From Okeania sp. (lineage in GTDB: Bacteria; Cyanobacteriota; Cyanobacteriia; Cyanobacteriales; Microcoleaceae), in the NCBI RefSeq assembly GCF_035285525.1, contig NZ_JAYKGW010000140.1, positions 22,565 through 54,564 of the forward strand: a DNA stretch of 32,000 nt, in the 5' to 3' direction. The position numbers and the translations under genes were made by a program. Under the pieces are notes generated by a model. The model was given only the letters and a program-made list of their open reading frames with translations. It ran no database searches and was not told the DNA's origin. Within the stretch, counting starts at the first letter, position 1, and each line of letters opens with the position of its first letter. Below are positions 17,203 through 26,232 of the stretch, piece by piece.

Positions 17203-19041
17203 TTATTCAAATACTTGTAAAGTTCCGTTTAAAAAGCCTTCCCGACAAGCATAACGCTGGACTTTTCCACTAGAAGTTTTGGGGATAGCTCCTGGTTTCA
17301 GGAACAATATTCGATAAATCTGTAAATCGTGATTTCTGGATACAGACCTTTGGATAGATTTAATTAAGTCTTCATAATTATCAGGATTTTCTGTCCCATA
17401 CTTACCATTACGCTCACTGAAAAAATCAATCTCTATTGACGCAAGAGATTCATTAGTCAATCCGTACTTTTGACTTTTGACTTTTAATTTTTGACTTCCA
17501 TAGAGTAATTGCCGAAAATTACGTTCTACCTCAGCTACTATAACCAAACGTTCCTCTCCAGCAACTTCTAAAGAAAAACTAGCAGTACAACCTGGTCTAA
17601 TCAGAGGGTGACTTTGTTCTACAGTATATTCAATATCTTGAGGATAATGATTCCGACCATTAATAATAATCACATCTTTAAGACGACCAGTCACAAATAA
17701 TTCCCCTGCTTTCAGAAAGCCTAAATCTCCAGTTCTCATAAATGGTTGGGGAGCTTCAGCTAAATAAGCCTCAAAAATTTGCTTCGTTTCTTCTGGTTTG
17801 TGCCAATAACCCTGAGCAATACTTGGCCCCGATACCCAAATTTCTCCCACCTCTCCCTCCGCACAAAGAGTTAATTTTTGGGGATGGACAATTCTAATCT
17901 GTTGCTCTGATAAAGTTTGTCCACAACCGACTAATGTTTTGGTTCCTTCTGTTTGAGAAACTGAGACGATCTGGTTTTGTTCTAATCCACTAGCTGCAAT
18001 AGTAGTTTTTACTGGTGGAGAAAATTTATTACCTCCAGAAATAATTAGGGTGGCCTCTGCCATCCCATAGCATGGATAAAAAGCTTCTGGACGAAAACCA
18101 CAAACAGCAAAAGTATTAGTAAATCGTTCTAAAACTTCGGCACTAATAGGTTCTGCACCATTAAAAGCTACTTCCCAACTACTTAAATCTAAAGTTTGTA
18201 TCTGTTCTGGCTTAATTTTACGGACACATAAATCATAAGCAAAGTTGGGTCCACCACTGGTAGTACCTCGGTATCGAGAAATAGCTTGTAACCAACGCAC
18301 TGGACTTTGGAGGAACATTAGGGGAGACATAAGAATGACAGGGAAACGTCCATATAAAGGTTGTAATATTCCACCAATTAAACCCATATCGTGATATGGA
18401 GGTAGCCAGATTATGCCTTTACTTTGGAGAGAATGTCCAAAACATTGATGGATTAGACCAGAATTATGTAAAAGATTCTGATGGGTAATCATTACGCCTT
18501 TGGGTGTGGCGGTGGAACCGGAAGTATATTGAAGAAAGGCAAGGGTCTTTTCGTTAATAGTGGGTTTTTGCCATTTCTCAGCCAAACTTTCAGGAATATG
18601 GTCAGTGGCTAACCAACCTAAATTATCTAATTCTGGAGTTTCTGAAGCGCGACGTTCGAGACTAGAGATGATAGACTTAGTTGTTAAAGCTATTGTGGCC
18701 TTGCTGTCTCTAATAATTGTTTGGATACGTTCTAAGGAACGATTTGGTCTAGGTGGATAGGCGGGAACTGCTATGATTCCGGCATAGAGACATCCAAAGA
18801 AGGCGGTAATATATTCGAGTCCCGGTTGATAGAGGAGTAGGGCAACTTCTCCTGGTGGACATACTGATTGGAGGTAGGCGGCGATCGCTCGTGAATATTG
18901 GTCTAGTTGTTTATAGGTAAGGTTAATTGTGTCTTTTTCTCCATCTATTAAGAAGCTATAACCTATTTGTTTGGGGTTTTGGATAGCTCTGTTTTGTAAT
19001 AAATCTACTAATGTTTTAATTTTTTTATCTAAACTATTCAT
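17203..19041 (-). CDS. Fatty acyl-AMP ligase (FAAL; adenylate-forming enzyme family)
   Basis: 612 aa with adenylation motifs (LQYTSGSTATPKGVMITH; GYWHKPEET; TGDLGF; IPKTSSGKVQR) and the typical FAAL N-terminus (LVDLLQNRA...YSFL.DGE....LTYKQLD). Confidence 0.85.
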   Translation of the reverse strand: MNSLDKKIKTLVDLLQNRAIQNPKQIGYSFLIDGEKDTINLTYKQLDQYSRAIAAYLQSVCPPGEVALLLYQPGLEYITAFFGCLYAGIIAVPAYPPRPNRSLERIQTIIRDSKATIALTTKSIISSLERRASETPELDNLGWLATDHIPESLAEKWQKPTINEKTLAFLQYTSGSTATPKGVMITHQNLLHNSGLIHQCFGHSLQSKGIIWLPPYHDMGLIGGILQPLYGRFPVILMSPLMFLQSPVRWLQAISRYRGTTSGGPNFAYDLCVRKIKPEQIQTLDLSSWEVAFNGAEPISAEVLERFTNTFAVCGFRPEAFYPCYGMAEATLIISGGNKFSPPVKTTIAASGLEQNQIVSVSQTEGTKTLVGCGQTLSEQQIRIVHPQKLTLCAEGEVGEIWVSGPSIAQGYWHKPEETKQIFEAYLAEAPQPFMRTGDLGFLKAGELFVTGRLKDVIIINGRNHYPQDIEYTVEQSHPLIRPGCTASFSLEVAGEERLVIVAEVERNFRQLLYGSQKLKVKSQKYGLTNESLASIEIDFFSERNGKYGTENPDNYEDLIKSIQRSVSRNHDLQIYRILFLKPGAIPKTSSGKVQRYACREGFLNGTLQVFE

Positions 19042-19317
19042 TATTATTAAGGCAGAAGAAAGAAGGAAGAGGGAAGGAAATTATATGAGTCTATGGATCG
19101 ATACCTTATGAGTTTTGGTATTATTAGAACTCTATCGTAGAGTAATTAGAATTTTGTACTTTTTAATCATTTTTTTGAGTAATTTCTAGAGAGTACATTT
19201 GCCAAGATAATACTAACAAAATTAACACAGATAAATTTTTCATTTAGTTTCATGTTTAAGTCTCTCTTTGACTTTTTTTTAAATCGGTAAATCTAAATAT
19301 TTGCCAAAATACTTTTT

Positions 19318-19364
19318 TTCCTGTTCCCTGTTCCCTGTTCCCTGTTCCCTATTCCCTATTCCCT
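19318..19364. repeat. Heptamer tandem repeat (CCCTGTT/CCCTATT)n
   Basis: TTCCTGTTCCCTGTTCCCTGTTCCCTGTTCCCTATTCCCTATTCCCT lies in the divergent FAAL/MEKHLA spacer. The same tract type occurs at 22541-22578. Confidence 0.9.
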
Positions 19365-19443
19365 AAAAATGAAATATTATTTCCTTTTCAAAGGTAAGAA
19401 GTCAAGATAGAATTTATGATCATTAATTGTTGAAAAATTATCA

Positions 19444-19923
19444 ATGACTGAAAATATCTTACATCCCTGGAAACAAGAAACTATAATTCGCCATACTCAA
19501 AGATTATTATTGAGTTATAAATATTGGACTGGTAAATCTCTACTGGATACAGATGGAACTCCAGAATTGATAGCTCAAGCATTATGGGAAGCTCCATTTA
19601 TTGTTTTTTCTCATGGTATGGAATCAGATCCAATTTACAACTATGGTAATCGGAAAGCTCTAGATTTATGGGAAGTCGATTGGGAACAATTAACTCAAAT
19701 GCCTTCAAGATATTCAGCTGAACCAATGGAACAAGAGGAACGTGTGCGAGTTCTTAACGAAGTAACTAGCAATGGTTATATTAGTAATGTTGGAGGTGTG
19801 CGTGTTTCTCGGAGTGGTAAACGAATAAGAGTTTCTAATTTTACCATCTGGAATCTTCTAGATGAAAATCAACAAAAATGTGGTCAAGCTGCTACTTTTA
19901 ATGAGTGGGAGTATATTCAGTAG
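19444..19923 (+). CDS. MEKHLA domain protein
   Basis: The 159-aa sequence ...AQALWEAPFIVFSHGMESDPIYNYGNRKALDLWEVDWEQLTQMPSRYSAEPMEQEERVRVLNEVTSNGYISNVGGVRVSRSGKRI...NFTIWNLLDENQQKCGQAATF matches my recollection of stand-alone cyanobacterial MEKHLA (PAS-like) proteins. Confidence 0.7.
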   Translation: MTENILHPWKQETIIRHTQRLLLSYKYWTGKSLLDTDGTPELIAQALWEAPFIVFSHGMESDPIYNYGNRKALDLWEVDWEQLTQMPSRYSAEPMEQEERVRVLNEVTSNGYISNVGGVRVSRSGKRIRVSNFTIWNLLDENQQKCGQAATFNEWEYIQ

Positions 19924-20271
19924 TTGTGAATTAAGATTAGGGAAAAAATATTAAGTATTTTAGACTTTATTTTCTGTGTAATACTTTACCATTAGAATAC
20001 TGAAGTTAAACAATCTTAAATTGATAATTTTTTTGTTTTTTTTATCTAATAAAACTACTATAAATACTAAGATTAATTTAAATGTTATAATGTCAGTAGT
20101 TAAATAGATACTTTGCCGAAATTACCTGATAAATTAACGAAAAAAATCAATTTAACAGATGGTAAATTAGCCTTACTTAAACCATCAAATCATTAAAATT
20201 AAACTATTGGGAGTGGTCAAAGTTTTCCTGCCGAATGCAGAAATAATAACCATTTTTAGGAATTAAAAAGA

Positions 20272-21655
20272 ATGAAAATTAAAATCCAAAATTTAGGTGT
20301 TTTAAAGGAAGCTGAATTTACTCTTGCCGATTTGACAATTATTTGTGGAGGTAATAATACTGGCAAGACTTATGCTACTTATGCTTTATTTGGATTTTTA
20401 TCTACTTGGAAACGGATACTTTCTATTGATGTTGACGATAAAATTGAGGAGTTACTTGCTGAAGGTGTAATTCACTATTGACATACAAAAATATATTAAA
20501 CAGAGCAAAAAAATAGTTGCTAAAGGTTGTCAAGTATATAGCAAGCAATTACCAAATATTTTTGCAGCAGCACCTGAACGGTTCAAAAAAACAAAATTTG
20601 ATATTATTTTTAATCTGAATAACATTCATTTGAAGAAGGAAGTTAAGGGTAAAATTAGTCTTCCAAGTGGAGAGCTTTTTTCACTTAATAAAAATGATAA
20701 TAGTACAGAACTAGTTGTGACTCTTTTAGTTGAACAAGAAAAAGTAAAAATTCCTACTGAGATTCTTCAACATGTTATTGCAGACGCTCTCAAAGAAATT
20801 ATTTTTTCTCAACTTTTTCCTAGACCTTTTATCGCTAGTGCAGAAAGAACAGGTGCTGCTATTTTTCGTAAAGAGTTAAATTTTGCTCGCAACCGTTTGC
20901 TTGAAGAAATAGGCCAGGCAGATTATAAAATAGATCCAAGAGAGCTTTTATTTAGAGGATATCAAGATTATCCACTTCCAGTTGAACAAAATGTCGAGTT
21001 TACACGGGAACTAGAGACAATTTTCAAAAAACGTAGTTTTCTTTATAATAATCATCCTGAAGTTTTGAATGATTTCGCCGATATTATTGGAGGTGATTAT
21101 ACAGTTACTTCTAATGATGAACTTTATTATCTTCCACAAGGGAAAAGAGTCAAATTATCTATGCTTGAAAGTTCTAGCGCTGTACGTTCTTTACTAGATA
21201 TTGGTTTTTATTTAAAGCACGAAGCTCAACTAGGAGACTTACTAATAATAGATGAACCTGAGTTAAATCTACATCCTGAAAACCAGCGTCGTGTTGCTCG
21301 ACTGTTTGCTCGACTTATTAATCTAGGAATTAAGGTTTTTATTACTACTCATAGTGATTATATTATTAAAGAATTAAATACACTAATTATGCTGAATCAC
21401 GATAAACCTCATCTTAAACGCATTGCTGAGGAAGAGGGTTATCAAAAATCAGAATTAATATCTGCTGAACAGATTAAGGTGTATATTGCGGAAGAAAAAG
21501 ATATTCAACGAGAAGGTAATAAAAGAAAAACTAAATGTCAGAGTTTAACTCTAGCAAATATTGACCCAGAAATGGGTATTGAACCTCGTAGTTTTGATAC
21601 AACTATTGAACAGATGAATCGTATTCAGGAAGCAATAGTCTGGGGCGAAGATTAA
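20272..21655 (+). pseudogene. ABC/AAA_15-AAA_21-type ATPase, interrupted by a +1 frame change near 20468-20481
   Basis: ORF 20272..20481 carries the Walker A motif (ICGGNNTGKTYA). ORF 20630..21655 carries a signature-like SSSAVRS, the Walker B/D-loop LLIIDEPELNLHPENQ and the H-loop ITTHSD. My back-translation of the second frame stays open from 20471 (FTIDIQKYIKQSKKIVAKGCQVYSKQLPNIFAAAPERFKKTKFDIIFNLNNIH-LKKEV...). One missing or extra base therefore joins both parts into one protein of about 460 aa. Confidence 0.7.
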
Positions 21656-22230
21656 TGGTTGATTCTGATATTTCTATCCTTAAAAAGATGATTCAACAGA
21701 CAACTATAGAGAAATTAAAATTTAAAGATAAGAAGAATATTGTCGAACTTAAAGAAGAATCTGATGATTACACTCTAACTATTCATAGAATGCCAGATGA
21801 TAAAGAAGTTATTGTGATTAAGGTAGATAATTTTAGCGCACCAACCACAATTTTTCAGGGAACTAAAAGTGAATGTAAACGTACAGATTTTGTTATTATT
21901 GCTGATATTATCAACAAAGAAAAATTCATCGTCTTTATTGAAATGAAGGCAAAAAAAAAGACATCTAAAGAAAAGGAGATTATTCAGCAATTAAAAGGGG
22001 CACAGTGTTTTGTTGAATATTGTCAAGCAATTGGTAAATCATTTTGGGAGAAACGAAATTTTCTTGATGATTATAAATACCGTTTTGTCAGTTTTAAGAA
22101 TATTAAAATTCCTAAGAAACCAACACGATCTAAATCTAAAAATGCTATTCACGATACTCCAGAAAATATGTTAAAAATTAGCTCCCCAGACTACATTTGT
22201 TTCAATCATGTGATATGGCGCAAAAAATAA
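21655..22230 (+). CDS. Hypothetical 191-aa protein with a PD-(D/E)xK-like nuclease motif, translationally coupled to the ATPase
   Basis: Its ATG overlaps the ATPase stop codon (TAATG at 21653-21657). A candidate restriction-endonuclease-fold core is TDFVIIAD...FIVFIEMKAKK...QQLKGAQ (D ... ExK ... Q). The gene is lysine-rich and AT-rich. Confidence 0.45.
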   Translation: MVDSDISILKKMIQQTTIEKLKFKDKKNIVELKEESDDYTLTIHRMPDDKEVIVIKVDNFSAPTTIFQGTKSECKRTDFVIIADIINKEKFIVFIEMKAKKKTSKEKEIIQQLKGAQCFVEYCQAIGKSFWEKRNFLDDYKYRFVSFKNIKIPKKPTRSKSKNAIHDTPENMLKISSPDYICFNHVIWRKK

Positions 22231-22413
22231 TTCGGGCAATCTGATTAAATTATGAAAAAATTGACAAATAAAAATTTTACCATTTTTAGACTGATAAAAG
22301 GTAAGCGTTTCCTGCGGAATGTTGTGAAACAGCTATTCGCTATCAGCAATAAAAACCTCAACCTTACAACGCTTTTCACTCTCAATGAACCACATCGCCA
22401 TAACCAAAATCTT

Positions 22414-22451
22414 GTAGGGACGTTCGCATTTTTGTTATGCAACGTCCCTAC
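22414..22451. repeat. GTAGGGACGTT...AACGTCCCTAC hairpin repeat
   Basis: GTAGGGACGTTCGCATTTTTGTTATGCAACGTCCCTAC belongs to the same family as the palindrome at 14805. Confidence 0.8.
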
Positions 22452-22582
22452 TCTGGTTTACCGAAATGAAAACCGCTGTAGAACATTTCTAAATCCTGTT
22501 TGCGGAGCATTTCCCTATAGGAAAAATCCTTTGATAATCTCCTGTTCCCTGTTCCCTATTCCCTATTCCCTATTCCCTAGCA

Positions 22583-23446
22583 CTATAAAAATTGTTGCAT
22601 CATCCTTTCTGCTTGAGAATCATAACCACCACCAAATAAATTAAAATGATTCAAAATATGATAGAGATTATAAAGAATTTTCCGTTGCTTATACCCATCA
22701 TCTAAAGACCAAGCTTCATTGTAACCACGATAGAAAGCAGTGGGAAAACCACCAAATAATTCCGTCATCGCCATATCAACTTCGCGATCGCCCCAATAAG
22801 TCGCCGGATCAAAAATCACTGGTTCCCCATCCGCACTCACCGCAGCATTTCCCCCCCATAAATCTCCGTGAACTAAAGAAGGTTGAGGTTGATAACCTGC
22901 TAATATTTCTGGAATAACTTTCAGGAAGCGATCGCCCTGACTAAAACTCCCACCCCTACGTTTTGCTAACTTGAGCTGATAACCAATGCGATATTCTGCC
23001 CAAAATTTTGCCCAGTCTCCACACCAAGTATTTATCTGCGGTGTCGAACCGATAGTATTATTAATATCCCAACCAAACTCATTTTTTCCTTGATAGCGAT
23101 GTAAAGCAGCTAAGTTACGCCCCATCTGTTCCCAAGATTTATCGTTACCGCGACCACCTAAGTCTAACCATTCCAAAACTATATAACAACTATTTCCCTC
23201 AGTTCCATAACAGATAGGTTGAGGAACGCGAATAGTCTGAGTTGAATACATTTGCTTTAATCCTAATGCTTCTGCTCGAAACATTTCCACTAGGGAAGCT
23301 TGATTAATTTTCACAAAATAGTTACGACTGCCATCAGTTAGTTTGTAACCATTATTGATGCAACCTCCACTGACGGAACTATGGTTAGTGACTTCAAAAT
23401 TTTCTCCAGTGACTTCGGTAATATGTTCGGCAATTTTTTTCCACAT
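22583..23446 (-). CDS. Fructosamine/ketosamine-3-kinase family protein
   Basis: 287 aa with GGCINNGYKL, FVKIN, EALGLKQM and the catalytic region LVHGDLWGGNA...DPA.YWGDREVD, all typical of this family. Confidence 0.85.
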   Translation of the reverse strand: MWKKIAEHITEVTGENFEVTNHSSVSGGCINNGYKLTDGSRNYFVKINQASLVEMFRAEALGLKQMYSTQTIRVPQPICYGTEGNSCYIVLEWLDLGGRGNDKSWEQMGRNLAALHRYQGKNEFGWDINNTIGSTPQINTWCGDWAKFWAEYRIGYQLKLAKRRGGSFSQGDRFLKVIPEILAGYQPQPSLVHGDLWGGNAAVSADGEPVIFDPATYWGDREVDMAMTELFGGFPTAFYRGYNEAWSLDDGYKQRKILYNLYHILNHFNLFGGGYDSQAERMMQQFL

Positions 23447-23569
23447 AATATTGTTACTAGACTGAAACAGTTAATTTTCTGGGTAAGTTTCATAAATGAA
23501 GACCTCTCCCCCAACTCCTCTCCTGCTTTTGAGAGAGGCGAAGTCTTCTCCCCTTTCCCTTGTAGGGAA

Positions 23570-23695
23570 GTGCAATAAGCGTAGGTTGGGTTGTTCCCGT
23601 TAGGGTTGCGCAGCAAGGGACGAAACCCAACATTAGTAAAGTTCTGTTGGGTTTTACTTCGTTTAACAAGGGCCTACATTTTTAGGTATGTCAGT
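23570..23695 (+). mobile_element. MITE-like element, second family
   Basis: GTGCAATAAGCGTAGGTTGGGTTG ... GGGACGAAACCCAAC ... ATTTTTAGGTATGTCAGT. It ends 3 nt before the leuB stop codon. Confidence 0.65.
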
Positions 23696-23698
23696 TTA

Positions 23699-24781
23699 CT
23701 ACAAACTCAAAACCTTCAACAAAACTTCTCCCATTTCCTTACATCCCACCTGTTTCATACCCTCCGACATAATATCCCCAGTCCGATAACCCTGCTCCAA
23801 TACCTCAAAAACTCCATTTTCAATTTTGTCTGCTGCCACAGGTTGCTCCAAAGCATAACGTAACATCATTGCTGCACTCAAAACTTGCGCCAAAGGATTA
23901 GCCTTATCCTCCCCTGCAATATCTGGCGCAGAACCATGAACAGGTTCAAAAACCCCTGGCCCAGAAGCACCTAAACTCGCCGAAGGTAACATCCCAATAC
24001 TACCCGTTAACATAGCAGCAGCATCAGACAGAATATCCCCAAATAAATTGCCCGTAACAATAGTATCAAATTGTTTTGGCCAACGAACAAGCTGCATGGC
24101 CGCATTATCTACATATAAATGAGATAATTCCACATCTGGATATTCTGGAGCAAGTAGAGTAAGGCGATCGCGCCACAACTGAGACACTTCCAAAACATTT
24201 GCCTTATCGACGGAACACAACTTACCCCCTCGTTTCTGGGCAGTTTCAAACCCCACCTTAGCAATACGGTCAATTTCTGACTCAGAATAGGCCATCGTAT
24301 TGACACCTCGTTTTTCTCCAGTCTCTGTTTCAAAAACGCCCTTGGGTGTCCCAAAATAGACCCCACCTGTTAATTCTCGGACTACCATGATGTCCACTCC
24401 TTGAACTATTTCTCGTTTGAGAGTCGAAGCATCTATTAATTGGGGCAAAATTTTAGCAGGCCGTAAATTAGCAAATAATCCTAATCCGGCCCTTAGTCCT
24501 AATAGTCCAGTTTCTGGCCGTTGATGGCGAGGTAAGTTATCCCACTTATAACCACCGATGGCTGCTAATAATACGGCATCGCTGTTGCGACACATTTCGA
24601 GAGTTTTTTGAGGTAGAGGTTCTCCAGTAGCGTCAATAGCTACTCCACCGATGGGAGCTTCTTGAAATTCAAAGTTGAAGTTAAATTGGTTGCCAACCAC
24701 TTTCAAAATATCTACCGCCACTGTCATAATTTCAGGGCCAATGCCGTCTCCGGGAAGTAGAGTAATGCGGTAGTTCATCAT
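23699..24781 (-). CDS. leuB: 3-isopropylmalate dehydrogenase
   Basis: 360 aa: [60 protein letters not shown]. Confidence 0.95.
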   Translation of the reverse strand: MMNYRITLLPGDGIGPEIMTVAVDILKVVGNQFNFNFEFQEAPIGGVAIDATGEPLPQKTLEMCRNSDAVLLAAIGGYKWDNLPRHQRPETGLLGLRAGLGLFANLRPAKILPQLIDASTLKREIVQGVDIMVVRELTGGVYFGTPKGVFETETGEKRGVNTMAYSESEIDRIAKVGFETAQKRGGKLCSVDKANVLEVSQLWRDRLTLLAPEYPDVELSHLYVDNAAMQLVRWPKQFDTIVTGNLFGDILSDAAAMLTGSIGMLPSASLGASGPGVFEPVHGSAPDIAGEDKANPLAQVLSAAMMLRYALEQPVAADKIENGVFEVLEQGYRTGDIMSEGMKQVGCKEMGEVLLKVLSL

Positions 24782-24858
24782 GTTTTTTTATCTATAATTT
24801 TCTATGAAGTTATCAAGATTATAATATTAAATAATGAGTTCAATTAAGTAAGTTAAAA

Positions 24859-25245
24859 ATGAAGAAATTATTATTTATTCAGAATAAATTAATTACAACT
24901 CTAGTTATTTCTATAATATTAGTAGGCTGGGTTGGTTTTAATAATAAAATTCAGGCTAAAACTGAAGAAAAGCGTGCAGCTTGTGTTCTTATTGATTTTG
25001 ATGGTAGAGTTAGAAGTTCAGGACCTTGTAATGTTATTTTAACTACCACTAATTCTGCCGTTGAGTTTGATATTGAATGGGATGGTACTTATAGAACTCA
25101 ATTTTCTATGCGTAAATTTCCTACTGATGGAACTTATAATGTAAAAATTAAGGATGGAGGAAGAGCTAGTCTTATAGTTGAAAAAGAAGGTAGTGTATTT
25201 ATTTTTAACAGTCGCGATTTTAGAGGTAGAGTAATATTTCCTTAG
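24859..25245 (+). CDS. Hypothetical small exported or membrane-anchored protein
   Basis: 128 aa with an N-terminal hydrophobic segment (LITTLVISIILVGWVGF) and then a beta-rich soluble part. I recognise no family. Confidence 0.45.
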   Translation: MKKLLFIQNKLITTLVISIILVGWVGFNNKIQAKTEEKRAACVLIDFDGRVRSSGPCNVILTTTNSAVEFDIEWDGTYRTQFSMRKFPTDGTYNVKIKDGGRASLIVEKEGSVFIFNSRDFRGRVIFP

Positions 25246-25325
25246 AATAAAATACAAAGAAAATTGATTAAGTATTAGTAGAGTTTGTTTTGAGATAGTC
25301 AATTCAAAATCCTAATATCAGGGTG

Positions 25326-25453
25326 CATTAATTAACCACAATACAAAAATATTTGCCATCCTCCCAAGTCCGCCATGGAATTTATTCTATGGTTCAAAGC
25401 AGAACTCATCTTTAGTCATCTAAAGATAGCTGATTTATTATGGTTAATTAATG
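25326..25453 (+). repeat. 128-bp element with CATTAATTAACCA / TGGTTAATTAATG terminal inverted repeats (left flank of the array)
   Basis: The inverted repeats are read directly. The head CATTAATTAACCACAATACAAAAA is shared with the array units and with the element at 26068. Confidence 0.8.
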
Positions 25454-25497
25454 AAACTTGATCTAATAGCTGAATGTTTACTTATAACATCAGGCTC

Positions 25498-26067
25498 CAT
25501 TAATTAATTACAATACATCAAGATAGAATAGATAATTTAGTCATATGAAAGATAATTTCATCTCTGAGTCAATGATGAAAATCCTGAACAGATTTCTGAT
25601 AACATTAGACGGCATTAATTAATCACAATACATCAAGATAGAATAGATAATTTAGTCGTATGAAATATAACTTCATCTCTGAGTCAATGATGAAAATCCT
25701 GAACAGATTTCTGATAACATTAGACGGCATTAATTAATCACAATACATCAAGATAGAATAGATAATTTAGTCGTATGAAAGATAACTTCAGCTATGAGTC
25801 AATGATGAAAATCCTGAACAGATTTCTGATAACATTAGACGGCATTAATTAATCACAATACATCAAGATAGAATAGATAATTTATTCATATGAAAGATAA
25901 GTTAAGCTCTGAGTCAATGATGAAAATCCTGAACAGATTTCTGATAACATTAGACGGCATTAATTAATCACAATACATCAAGATAGAATAGATAATTTAG
26001 TCGTATGAAATATAACTTCAGCTATGAGTCAATGATGAAAATCCTTGGCGGTATTTGTCATCCGCTT
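25498..26067 (+). repeat. Tandem array of five 115-bp units; the last unit is truncated and fused to the flanking element
   Basis: Units start at 25498, 25613, 25728, 25843 and 25958. Unit consensus: CATTAATTAATCACAATACATCAAGATAGAATAGATAATTTAGTCGTATGAAAGATAACTTCAGCTATGAGTCAATGATGAAAATCCTGAACAGATTTCTGATAACATTAGACGG. Confidence 0.95.
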
Positions 26068-26195
26068 CATTAATTAACCACAATACAAAAAGATTTTTAA
26101 TCCACCAAATTCGCCAAGAAATAAATTTCTACAGCCAGTAGCTAAAGTCATCTAATATGACTCGCATATATCTAATTTGTTATGGCTAATTAATG
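26068..26195 (+). repeat. 128-bp element with CATTAATTAACCA / TGGCTAATTAATG terminal inverted repeats (right flank of the array)
   Basis: Same length and same ends as the element at 25326-25453, with a diverged interior. Confidence 0.8.
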
Positions 26196-26232
26196 AGAGT
26201 TAATATAACTGAATAATTCATAAATCTTAAAG

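Noticed and set aside
25498-26067. A possible CRISPR array, because of the regularly spaced direct repeats.
   Set aside because: The 115-bp units abut each other with no unique spacers, the repeat is far longer than CRISPR repeats, and no cas genes are nearby.
25958-26078. A double-glycine leader-like peptide (MKYNFSYESMMKILGG-ICHPLH) next to an ABC exporter, suggesting a bacteriocin/RiPP precursor array.
   Set aside because: Only the last, chimeric unit has the GG. The putative core would be 6 aa. The other four units end ...ILNRFLITLDGIN. The adjacent ABC exporter lacks the N-terminal C39 peptidase domain that such systems need.
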